Virus record (IMG/VR): IMGVR_UViG_3300032516_000022
Span: 1 to 61,818 of that record
DNA length: 61,818 nucleotides
From: a virus
Lineage: Duplodnaviria > Caudoviricetes
Reading direction: 5' to 3' (one strand)
Part shown: positions 8,013 through 16,529 of the stretch, in pieces
How the letters are laid out: each line of letters begins with the position of its first letter
Numbering within the stretch: position 1 is the first letter of the stretch
The notes under the pieces: model-generated
Told to the model about the DNA's origin: nothing
Databases searched by the model: none
Seen by the model: only the letters and a program-made list of their open reading frames with translations
Program-made: the position numbers and the translations under genes

Positions 8013-9685
8013 AGAAACTCGCGACAATCGTTTGTGTAGTGTCTATGTCCGTCGTGGCGCAGGCCGGACACTTTTCGACCGGCGGCGTAATCGTTGCCGA
8101 TAGCCTCGTCAGTGGAGGCGGCACAGGCGACCTGTCCAAAGCTGTCGCCGATCTCACGTATGCCGGGATCGGAGTCACCAACAACCCCATGACCTATGGG
8201 GTAACTAATGGTCTTGAGAGAGCGGACCATGCGGCGGCGACATATGCGCCAATCAGCGTGACCATCCCGGCGGCTTCCAACGCCGCGGTTGCCGGCGTCG
8301 CCGCCTCCTATATACCCTTAACCAATGGTTCCTCTAAGGTTTTTCTGAACCAGCAGACTATCGCACAGGCCGGAATTATCGGCCATGGCGATACTCCGAC
8401 GGTGGCGCAAGGGGCTTTGTTTGACTTGACCGACGACATGGACATCTACGCCAGACCTGGATATCAGCTTCGGCTGCATTCGGCGTCCGGTTGGAATCCA
8501 CTGATTGTCACCAACGGCTCAACATTGATCCCGCCCGGAGGGACGTTGACAGTGAGTGGTATCATGGCGGCTACTACGTCGATCAGCGAAGGCGGAACCT
8601 CCCTCTCCGCCAAGTACGCGCCGATCGGCGTCACCATCCCAGCCGCATCCAACGCGGCGATGGCCGGAGCAACGGCCGCATTCGCGCCGATCTCCGTCAC
8701 CATTCCCGCAGCGAGCAACGCCGCCATGGCAGGGGTCGCGGCTAAGTACCTGCCGCTAGTTGGTGAAGGACGGCTGGACGGAACGAACTACCTGAGCAAT
8801 CCCACATGGTATGGCGGGGGTGGTTCGGGAAAAGCTTACGGGAAATTCTACGTTGACTCTGCTGGGAGTATGCATCTATATGCGCCGAATTCAGGCATGG
8901 ACCCCAACTACCTTTATTTAGGTGGAGCCTATGGTGACTTTGGAAACGTGTTGGCGATGGACAACTGGGATGCATATTTCAAACGGCAGGTGTTCGTCAC
9001 CAATGATATGTATGTCGGCGGCGTCATTTACGAAGGCGACACATTACTCTCCGCCAAGTACACCACATATCCCGCCGTCACCAACATCGCCGTCGCCGTC
9101 GCCTCGCTCGCGCCCATCAAAATAACAGACGCACGGTTTTATCTCTCCGGCCTCAGCAACTCCGCCCAGTCCGTTCGGGCACGGCTGTCCATCGCGCAGA
9201 ACTCCAGCGGACGGGCAACCGATGTGGTCTACCGAGGAACTAACCTGCTGTTCACTTCCTGCACCAGCACGGTCGTCGGGGTGGCTGGGGAGTTTACGAA
9301 CTGTGTGGCTGATGCCTCCGGCTTTGTCCCATTTGACATGTACACTAAACCCGACGCGACCAACGCAACCTGGCAGACATGCTCAAACGGCACGGGGTCC
9401 GTTGTGTACTGGCTGAATGAGGGCGGAACGTATGGCGATAAGAGTAGCAACATCGTCGGCACAGTCGCCGGCATAACCATTAGCCGCGTCAATCGACTCC
9501 GAGTGCCCGACTATTACGACGCCACGGGCGGGTCAAACATCTACTGCACGCTCCACTTCCTCACGCCCCACACCAACACAATCGGGATCAATATGCAGTA
9601 CTGGTCGCGCACAAACATGACCACGTACACCGGCAGCGTAGCCGTAACCAACTCCGCGAGTTTCCTCATCCCCTACGTGAGGTAG
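8009..9685 (+). CDS. Fibre-like protein with signal peptide and internal repeats
   Basis: MKKLATIVCVVSMSVVAQA leader; API(S/G)VTIPAASNAAxAG three times; EGxTxLSAKY twice. Confidence 0.6.
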   Translation: MKKLATIVCVVSMSVVAQAGHFSTGGVIVADSLVSGGGTGDLSKAVADLTYAGIGVTNNPMTYGVTNGLERADHAAATYAPISVTIPAASNAAVAGVAASYIPLTNGSSKVFLNQQTIAQAGIIGHGDTPTVAQGALFDLTDDMDIYARPGYQLRLHSASGWNPLIVTNGSTLIPPGGTLTVSGIMAATTSISEGGTSLSAKYAPIGVTIPAASNAAMAGATAAFAPISVTIPAASNAAMAGVAAKYLPLVGEGRLDGTNYLSNPTWYGGGGSGKAYGKFYVDSAGSMHLYAPNSGMDPNYLYLGGAYGDFGNVLAMDNWDAYFKRQVFVTNDMYVGGVIYEGDTLLSAKYTTYPAVTNIAVAVASLAPIKITDARFYLSGLSNSAQSVRARLSIAQNSSGRATDVVYRGTNLLFTSCTSTVVGVAGEFTNCVADASGFVPFDMYTKPDATNATWQTCSNGTGSVVYWLNEGGTYGDKSSNIVGTVAGITISRVNRLRVPDYYDATGGSNIYCTLHFLTPHTNTIGINMQYWSRTNMTTYTGSVAVTNSASFLIPYVR

Positions 9686-9686
9686 T

Positions 9687-11903
9687 ATGCGAAAAATCAT
9701 CATAGCGGTTCTGGTCTCGGTCTGTTGCGCGTGGCAGCAGGTCCACGCCTTGATCACGGTCGATGCGGTCACCACGAACTACGTATCCTCGGGTCTTAGT
9801 AACGCCTGGACCCACACGGTTGGCACGGAAGGTGATCGCATGTTGGTTGTAGGTGCATCATGGCGGGACGAAGGCACAGTGGTGATCAATAGTGTGAAAT
9901 TCGGCGCTCACTCGTTCACCCGCGCTACAAACACTTTTGCTAGGTGTGCCACCAAACAGAGCACCGAACTGTGGTACTTGGTGGCTCCGACATCCGGCAG
10001 CAGCCTGATCTCTGTTGTTTGGAATGGCGCGGAGGGAGGCACATACTGCGGGGCAATCTCACTGGCTGGGGTCAAACAACAAGCCCCCGAAGCTACAACG
10101 GCTAATGGTTATGCCGACGTATATGGCACCACCTATTCGACTGCCATCACCACGCTGACGACCAATGCGTGGGTGATTGACGTTGTCGGAAACGGTGCCA
10201 CCGGTGGTAGTTTCACCAACACCACAGCCGGCATGACGGAACGCTGGGATATTAACGGGTCTTCCTACGGCTCGGGCGCGGGATCTACCCGCGAAGTCAC
10301 TTCCCCCGGAACGGTCACAAACACTTGGACATGCACTCAGAGCCATCGCAGGACACAATCCATGGTGGCCTTCGAGCCGGCGCCCGCGAACAATACCTAC
10401 ACAATCACCTACGATGCCAATGGCGCAACCAGCGGAACAGTGCCATCCAACCAAACCAAGACGCAGGATGTCACTCTGGTCCTGTCAACCAACGTGGGCA
10501 CTCTGGCAAAGACGGGCTACACGTTCTCGGGGTGGAACACGACGACTAACGGCAGCGGAACCAGCTATGCGGAGGGGGCCAATTACACGGCGAATGTAGC
10601 CGCAACACTTTATGGAAAATGGCTGAATCTCCCGCCGGGCGAACCGACAATAATCTCTCCCACGAATAACGCAGTTGATGTAGAAATCCCTCCTACCCTG
10701 ACCGTTAGCGTAACAGACCCGGAGGCGAGTGCTTTGTCTGTGGAGTTCTTTGGTCGGACAAATGTTGCAAACGAGTCCGATTTTACTCTTGTCCATATCC
10801 CCGACACTCAGTTCTATTCTCAAAACGGGGGTGGCACCCGGCTCGCGATTGGCGTTCAGCAGCTAGCTTGGATCGTAACGAACTGCGCAGCTTCGAATAT
10901 CGTTGCCGCGTTCCAGTCGGGTGACGTGGTGGATTATGGCAGCGATGAAGAGTTCCAGAACTCAACCAATTTCATGTACCGTTTATTTGACTCCACCACC
11001 ACTGGCAAACCGGACGGTATTCCGTGGAGCATAAGCATGGGAATTTTACATGACGGCGATGGCAGTCTTTGGAATACCTACTATGGCACCAACCTGTTCA
11101 CGGGTCGGTCCTACTGGGGCGGATCGTATAACACCAACAACGCGAACAACTATATTCTGTTCAGCGCTGGTCATCTGGATTTTGTGACCCTTATGCTGGA
11201 CTCCTTTGCCGGCACAAATACCAACATAATGGCCTGGGCCAATGGCGTGCTACAAGCGTACCCGTCGCGACGCGCCATAGTTGTATCCCACTCTATTCTC
11301 GAAACGACCACCCGGCCAACTCCGTCCGCGTGGACGACAGAGGGTCAAGCAAAGTTTGATGGCCTAAAGGCAAACACCAACCTGTTCCTCATGCTTTGCG
11401 GTCACGCGCATGGCATAGGGTTTAGACACGAGGTAGTAAGTGGACGTTCTATAGATATAATCCTGGCCGACTATCAGACCTATACAAACGGCGGCAACGG
11501 TTGGTTCAGACAGATGGTGGTGCACCCCACCACAGGGGTAATGGATTTCCGTACCTACTCCGCGTATGTGACAAACTCGCTGACAGATGCTGACAACCAA
11601 TTTTCTATAACTAACTCACTGCTCCTGTATACTAATACTGCCAGTTTTACCAGTCTTGGAACCAACACTTCCGTAACGTCCGGACAGCAGACCAGTCGCG
11701 TTTGGAGCAATCTGTCACCTCTGACCGCCTACGATTGGTACGCCACTGCGAGCGACGGGACCAGTTCCACTGCGAGCGATTACTCGGTGTTCACTACGTC
11801 GACCGGCGGTACATCATCTGCAGTGTCTACGTGGAGTCTGTTCGAGATCAACCATTGTTTCGCGCCGAACGACGCGATCAAAGAAGGAGAAGCGCCGCAA
11901 TGA
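9687..11903 (+). CDS. Secreted multidomain protein: InlB B-repeat plus calcineurin-like metallophosphoesterase
   Basis: Signal peptide; TITYDANG...GYTFSGWNT...LYGKW repeat; PDTQ, GDVVD, GILHD, VSHS and CGHAH motifs. Confidence 0.8.
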   Translation: MRKIIIAVLVSVCCAWQQVHALITVDAVTTNYVSSGLSNAWTHTVGTEGDRMLVVGASWRDEGTVVINSVKFGAHSFTRATNTFARCATKQSTELWYLVAPTSGSSLISVVWNGAEGGTYCGAISLAGVKQQAPEATTANGYADVYGTTYSTAITTLTTNAWVIDVVGNGATGGSFTNTTAGMTERWDINGSSYGSGAGSTREVTSPGTVTNTWTCTQSHRRTQSMVAFEPAPANNTYTITYDANGATSGTVPSNQTKTQDVTLVLSTNVGTLAKTGYTFSGWNTTTNGSGTSYAEGANYTANVAATLYGKWLNLPPGEPTIISPTNNAVDVEIPPTLTVSVTDPEASALSVEFFGRTNVANESDFTLVHIPDTQFYSQNGGGTRLAIGVQQLAWIVTNCAASNIVAAFQSGDVVDYGSDEEFQNSTNFMYRLFDSTTTGKPDGIPWSISMGILHDGDGSLWNTYYGTNLFTGRSYWGGSYNTNNANNYILFSAGHLDFVTLMLDSFAGTNTNIMAWANGVLQAYPSRRAIVVSHSILETTTRPTPSAWTTEGQAKFDGLKANTNLFLMLCGHAHGIGFRHEVVSGRSIDIILADYQTYTNGGNGWFRQMVVHPTTGVMDFRTYSAYVTNSLTDADNQFSITNSLLLYTNTASFTSLGTNTSVTSGQQTSRVWSNLSPLTAYDWYATASDGTSSTASDYSVFTTSTGGTSSAVSTWSLFEINHCFAPNDAIKEGEAPQ

Positions 11904-11980
11904 ACTGGGTAATCGCCTGGATCAAAAGCTGGTTCTCGAAGAAGCCAAACCCGACACCGCAACCGGACCCGATATCATGA
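11900..11980 (+). CDS. 26-aa peptide similar to the N-terminus of 35511-35996
   Basis: MNWVIAWIKSWFSKKPNPTPQPDP versus MNWKWLTDWIKRLFSKKQKPDPTPQTDP; ATGA-coupled on both sides. Confidence 0.5.
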   Translation: MNWVIAWIKSWFSKKPNPTPQPDPIS

Positions 11981-12099
11981 CAAGCGACAGACAGGTAACG
12001 CCGGGAGAGGGCGTCGCGATTATCGCGGCCTGCTGCGTTGCGATTCTGCTGGTGCTCGCGTTGTGCGGGTGCGAGACCAGGGGGATAGCGACCAGTTGA
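11977..12099 (+). CDS. Very short lipoprotein-like peptide (possible remnant)
   Basis: Hydrophobic stretch ending LALCG-C, then a stop 8 residues after the Cys. Confidence 0.4.
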   Translation: MTSDRQVTPGEGVAIIAACCVAILLVLALCGCETRGIATS

Positions 12100-12172
12100 C
12101 CGCCGAGGTGCACGGAGTGTACGACGGAATGGAGGACTGAAATGAAATGGAGTAACAAACAAGGAGGTAAAT

Positions 12173-12538
12173 ATGCCCAATGAAATTACAGTAAGTGGAT
12201 CAGTCCGTATTAGCAAGGGCTCGATGGAGTTCAGCCGTAGAATGAGCTCCACCTTGACCATGGTGGGTGATGCTCTGATGCACAGCGTTCAGTTGATCGG
12301 GGATACTCATGAGCCTTTGGTCATGGGTGATGTCACCGTGCCGGGAGCATTTCTCTTCATCAACTTGAGTACGTTCGACATTCAGATTGGCAAGGACGTC
12401 CTAGGTTCCTTTGTCTCTTCGTTCAAGATCCCTGTTGATGGCTTTGTCATGGGATCCAATCTGGACATTGCCGCTCCCTACGCCAAGTGCTCTGACAGCG
12501 AGGGTGGATATCTCGAGTCCGCAATCAGCCAAGTATAG
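12173..12538 (+). CDS. Hypothetical, probable structural protein
   Basis: Strong AAGGAGGT RBS; beta-rich 121 aa just before the portal. Confidence 0.7.
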   Translation: MPNEITVSGSVRISKGSMEFSRRMSSTLTMVGDALMHSVQLIGDTHEPLVMGDVTVPGAFLFINLSTFDIQIGKDVLGSFVSSFKIPVDGFVMGSNLDIAAPYAKCSDSEGGYLESAISQV

Positions 12539-12549
12539 GACAGCAAGCC

Positions 12550-14571
12550 ATGATGCGCACCAATAATAAGCAGAGCAAGATGAAGCAGCTTATACGTAAG
12601 CTGAACAATCTTGCCAGTATCACAGTCACCCGTTCCCAATTAGGACAGAGGTTGGGGCAATCTTTTGATGGGGATCGAGATCTGTATTCGATTTGCGGAT
12701 ACCCTACAGTCCTTTCTTTCGAGGAGTACAAGGGTCGCTATGACCGGGATCCTCTAGCCAAGCGCATTGTCAATGCCTATCCTGCCGCCACATGGACGGT
12801 GGAGCCGGATGTTTATGAGACTGACAAGGCGGTAGAAACTGCTTTTGAAAAGGACTGGGCTGCCCTGACTGAGGAAATGGACCTTTGTCATTACTTCGAG
12901 CGGGTGGATAAAGCGGCTGGTATCGGACGCTATGGAGTGCTGTTCCTTGGCTTCGACGATGGTAAGGATCCCAAGGAGCCAGTCAAGAATGGCAAGTTGA
13001 TGTATTTGCAAGTCTACACGGAAGGCTCTTGCCAGATTATCACTGTGGAGACAGACCGAAAGAGCCCTCGCTATACTCAGCCGACGATGTATCGGATTAC
13101 TCCTACGGCGGTTTCAGAGAACGTAGCACGGGGCAGCGTTACCACAATCACCACCCCGGGAGCCGCTATACCTTTTGACGTACACTATACTCGGATCATC
13201 CACGTGGCTGACAATGTACTGGACAACGACATCTATGGGACTCCCAGATTGGAGTGTGTCTGGAACCGTTTGCAAGACATCGAAACGACTTGCGGTGGAT
13301 CAGCGGAAATGTTCTGGCGGGCAGGGTATCCTGGTCTTCAGTTTGTCACTCCGCCGGATACGCAAGTTGCAGATGAGTCTGAATTGGAAGATGAGATAGA
13401 GTCCTACGTTCACGGCTTGTCACGGTATATGCGTTTGCAGAATATGGAAGCCAAAGCCGTACCTGGCGGTGGGATATCTTCTCCGGACGGCTTTTTCAAC
13501 ATGTACTTGGCCAGCGTTTCAGCCGCTACGGGCATTCCCGTCCGGATCTTGGTCGGCAGCGAACGGGGAGAACTCGCCTCCAGTCAGGACGAGCGGGGTT
13601 GGCACGATCGGATCAAGGAGCGACGGAAGTCCTTCGCTACCAGCGGCATCTTGAAGCCGTTCATTGACCGCATGATTGAAGTCGGAGCACTGAGCGATCC
13701 CGGGGAGTACAAGACAGACTGGCCCCCGATCGAAGAGCTGAACGAAAACGAGAAAATGGATATTGCCAACAAGAAGGTCAAGGCCATTGTGGACTACGTC
13801 AACGGCGGGGCTGATGCCCTTCTAACTCCCGAGCAGTTCTTGATGGAAGTGTTGGGCTACACTCCTAAAGAGGCGGAAGACATCTTGGCGGACTTGGAAA
13901 AGTATCAAGAAGAGAATCTGCCGTCCCAAGAAGAAGCGGTCCCTCCTCCGGCCGCTCCTGGTGAACCTGCCGGCGGTGGGGAAGCGGACGACTCCTCCCC
14001 TGTGGCCACTCCCACGGGTGCCCAGTCCATCCCCACCCCGGCGCAGGGTCGGCGCATGGCCATGAAGAACCAAGCGGAAGACCCGGATGGGGTCTGGCGT
14101 ACAATCAACGGACGGGCTATCTTTATCAAGGAAGGGCAGTCAGTTGAAGAGGCGATGAAAGAACGGAACACTCCAGACGCTAAGGATCGGGAACGCAACT
14201 CAGATGTGGCGGCGGACCTAAAGTCTTTTGCCAAGGACGCCAAGAAGGCTTCCAAGAAAGTGGAGGACGTCAAGCAGAAGATTGAAGAAGTTAAAGGAGA
14301 GCACAAAGTGGTTCAAGGGGCTGTGGCTAAAGAAGGGGAAAAGATAGTGGGAGAGCTTAAAGGGAAATTGTCCGAAGTGCAGGCTCGAAAAGCCACTCTT
14401 GAAGTTAAGTACGAAGAAGCCACTCGACGGATGGCAGAACTGAAAGCCCGTTTGGACGAGCTTAAAGGGATGAAGAAACCCCGTCGCAATGAATCGGTGG
14501 AAGACGTACAGAAGAAGATCGACGAGCTTCAAGCTGAAATGGATGCCATCAAAGCTGAGCTGAAGAAGTAA
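12550..14571 (+). CDS. Portal protein (DUF1073-like) with C-terminal extension
   Basis: RDPLAKRIVN, VHYTRIIH, YGTPRLE, AATGIPVRILVG..GELAS..D. The extension has a WRTING tag and a coiled coil. Confidence 0.9.
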   Translation: MMRTNNKQSKMKQLIRKLNNLASITVTRSQLGQRLGQSFDGDRDLYSICGYPTVLSFEEYKGRYDRDPLAKRIVNAYPAATWTVEPDVYETDKAVETAFEKDWAALTEEMDLCHYFERVDKAAGIGRYGVLFLGFDDGKDPKEPVKNGKLMYLQVYTEGSCQIITVETDRKSPRYTQPTMYRITPTAVSENVARGSVTTITTPGAAIPFDVHYTRIIHVADNVLDNDIYGTPRLECVWNRLQDIETTCGGSAEMFWRAGYPGLQFVTPPDTQVADESELEDEIESYVHGLSRYMRLQNMEAKAVPGGGISSPDGFFNMYLASVSAATGIPVRILVGSERGELASSQDERGWHDRIKERRKSFATSGILKPFIDRMIEVGALSDPGEYKTDWPPIEELNENEKMDIANKKVKAIVDYVNGGADALLTPEQFLMEVLGYTPKEAEDILADLEKYQEENLPSQEEAVPPPAAPGEPAGGGEADDSSPVATPTGAQSIPTPAQGRRMAMKNQAEDPDGVWRTINGRAIFIKEGQSVEEAMKERNTPDAKDRERNSDVAADLKSFAKDAKKASKKVEDVKQKIEEVKGEHKVVQGAVAKEGEKIVGELKGKLSEVQARKATLEVKYEEATRRMAELKARLDELKGMKKPRRNESVEDVQKKIDELQAEMDAIKAELKK

Positions 14572-14576
14572 GAACT

Positions 14577-15233
14577 ATGGATCGGAAGCTACAAGTAGTT
14601 TGCGACTGGGACGACGGAGCCGTGGAGGACCTTACCCTCAGCGGCATCCTGCGCAAGCACGGGGCCAAGGCTACATTCAATCTATGCTCGTCCTATCTTC
14701 AGGGATTTGTTCCCCAGAATCGCAACGGACTTCAATTCATGGACAAGGAGCAGGCACTAGCAGCATGTCAGGGATTCAAAGTGGCGAACCATACGACCAA
14801 GCACGTCAGTCTTCCCCACGTGACCATGCGGGATTGCAAGGACGCAGTCATACGGGGGCGAGCAGAGCTGCAAGACATCTTCCAGCAAGACGTCAAGGGC
14901 TTTGTCTATCCCAAAGCTATGTTGGATCGGACGGCAGTCAAGGTCGTACAGCAAGCCGGACACTTGTACGGACGGGGATTGGATAGTTTTTGTCAGACGT
15001 TTACTGGAGGCAGTCGTTACACGGTTCGACCGCACGTCAATGTTCGGAATGGGAAGTTCTGGAAGGCATACGACGAAGCCAAGAAGGGCACGAGAATCTT
15101 TTGGTTCTACGGACACAGCTACGAGTACAAGTGCACGAACGACTGGCTGAATCTGGAGTTTCTAATCCACAAGATTTCCAAAGACCCTGATGCAGAGTGG
15201 AAGAACATCGAGGACTTGCCATGGTCTGTGTAA
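14577..15233 (+). CDS. Polysaccharide deacetylase (CE4/NodB)
   Basis: DWDDG, KATF, NHTTKH, FVYP and GHSYE motifs. Confidence 0.85.
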   Translation: MDRKLQVVCDWDDGAVEDLTLSGILRKHGAKATFNLCSSYLQGFVPQNRNGLQFMDKEQALAACQGFKVANHTTKHVSLPHVTMRDCKDAVIRGRAELQDIFQQDVKGFVYPKAMLDRTAVKVVQQAGHLYGRGLDSFCQTFTGGSRYTVRPHVNVRNGKFWKAYDEAKKGTRIFWFYGHSYEYKCTNDWLNLEFLIHKISKDPDAEWKNIEDLPWSV

Positions 15234-16414
15234 AGCATACTTGCCGTTGTGGGATGAAGCACAATTCCATTCTCCGAGTGGATCCCACCCGCACGGGATT
15301 GATTGTCAAGCGGTGGCATCTGGAGATTGCCCGGCGATTCAACCGGATCAAGAAGTTGATCTGGCAGTCGATTGTCGAGCACGATGCCTTGGGGCTGGCC
15401 GAGCCGATGAAGACCCTAGGTGGAGAAGGCAGTGGCAACTTCGGACATGCAGGAAGGCCGGGACATCAAGGCGGATCAGCTCCCAGTGGAGAGAATAGTG
15501 ATGTGATGTCTTTGACCGATGCCAAGAAAGAAGGCTTTGTAACCAACGAAGCCCTTCCTCACAAAGCCTTTCAGTTCAACCGGGATCCTGACAAGGTGAA
15601 AGGCTTCATGGACTGGCTGCAAGACCAAGTGGACAAGGAGATCCTCGAAGTCAGCTACTCCAAGACTGGCCGGAAGATCTCCGGGGACGCCGAGTGGCAG
15701 AAGATATACATCGACAGTGCTTACCGCAAGTCCCTCGCCGACGCAGGTACGAAGGTGGGCGTAGCCAATCGAAAGCAAGTGGATCGCTTGGGCAGAACCA
15801 AGGGCTTTGTTTCCCCGACCGAGCGGATGGTCGATAGCTCCTTCCTCGCGCCCGTACACGCGGATGCCGCCGGGATGATTTATCAAAGAGCTTTTCAGGA
15901 CTTGCGCAACGTGACCGAAGCCATGGATACCGGGATCAGCCGATCATTGTCACTGGGCATTGCTGAAGGCAGAAACCCAAGGGACATCGCCCGGGATATG
16001 TTGGAAGACGTGGAAGGGATAGGCATCAATCGGGCTCGGATGATTGCCCGTACGGAGGTAGTCTATGCCTACAACGAAGCGGCTTTGAACGTCTATGAGG
16101 AAGCCGGACTGGAAGGCGTGAAGGTGGAAGTGGAGTGGAGCACGGCCTTTCACAATGTGTGCCCAGACTGCGCTGATCTGCAGGGCAGAGTGTTCACGCT
16201 GGACGAGGCAAGGGAAGTCCATCCGCCGCTCCATCCATCTTGCCGGTGTGCTCTAATTCCTGCAGGTGTAGGAGAAGCAGAAGAGAGTCGAGGACAGTAC
16301 GACAAGGAGGACACCATCGGCGAACAGTACAAGAACAAAAAGGGCGACTTCAAGCTGGCTGGAATCTTTGATGACAAAGCCAGCTTCGACAAGCCTGATC
16401 GGGAGATACGGTGA
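15221..16414 (+). CDS. MuF / SPP1 gp7-like head morphogenesis protein
   Basis: RARMIARTEV, CPDC, PPLHPSCRC; contains a GSGNFGHAGRPG insert. Confidence 0.9.
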   Translation: MVCVKHTCRCGMKHNSILRVDPTRTGLIVKRWHLEIARRFNRIKKLIWQSIVEHDALGLAEPMKTLGGEGSGNFGHAGRPGHQGGSAPSGENSDVMSLTDAKKEGFVTNEALPHKAFQFNRDPDKVKGFMDWLQDQVDKEILEVSYSKTGRKISGDAEWQKIYIDSAYRKSLADAGTKVGVANRKQVDRLGRTKGFVSPTERMVDSSFLAPVHADAAGMIYQRAFQDLRNVTEAMDTGISRSLSLGIAEGRNPRDIARDMLEDVEGIGINRARMIARTEVVYAYNEAALNVYEEAGLEGVKVEVEWSTAFHNVCPDCADLQGRVFTLDEAREVHPPLHPSCRCALIPAGVGEAEESRGQYDKEDTIGEQYKNKKGDFKLAGIFDDKASFDKPDREIR

Positions 16415-16511
16415 AAACGTCTAGGATTCGCTATAAAGGTCGATCGCTCCGGGGTAAGGAAAAGCCCTATCCCGACCTTTTGAAGGGCGTACAACGAAAC
16501 GTGGAGCGTTT
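16415..16511 (+). repeat. Dispersed ~95-bp element, copy 2
   Basis: CTAGGATTCGCTATA at 16421 and TGAAGGGCGTACAACGAAACG at 16481. Confidence 0.9.
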
Positions 16512-16529
16512 AATGAAGGGATAAGGGCT

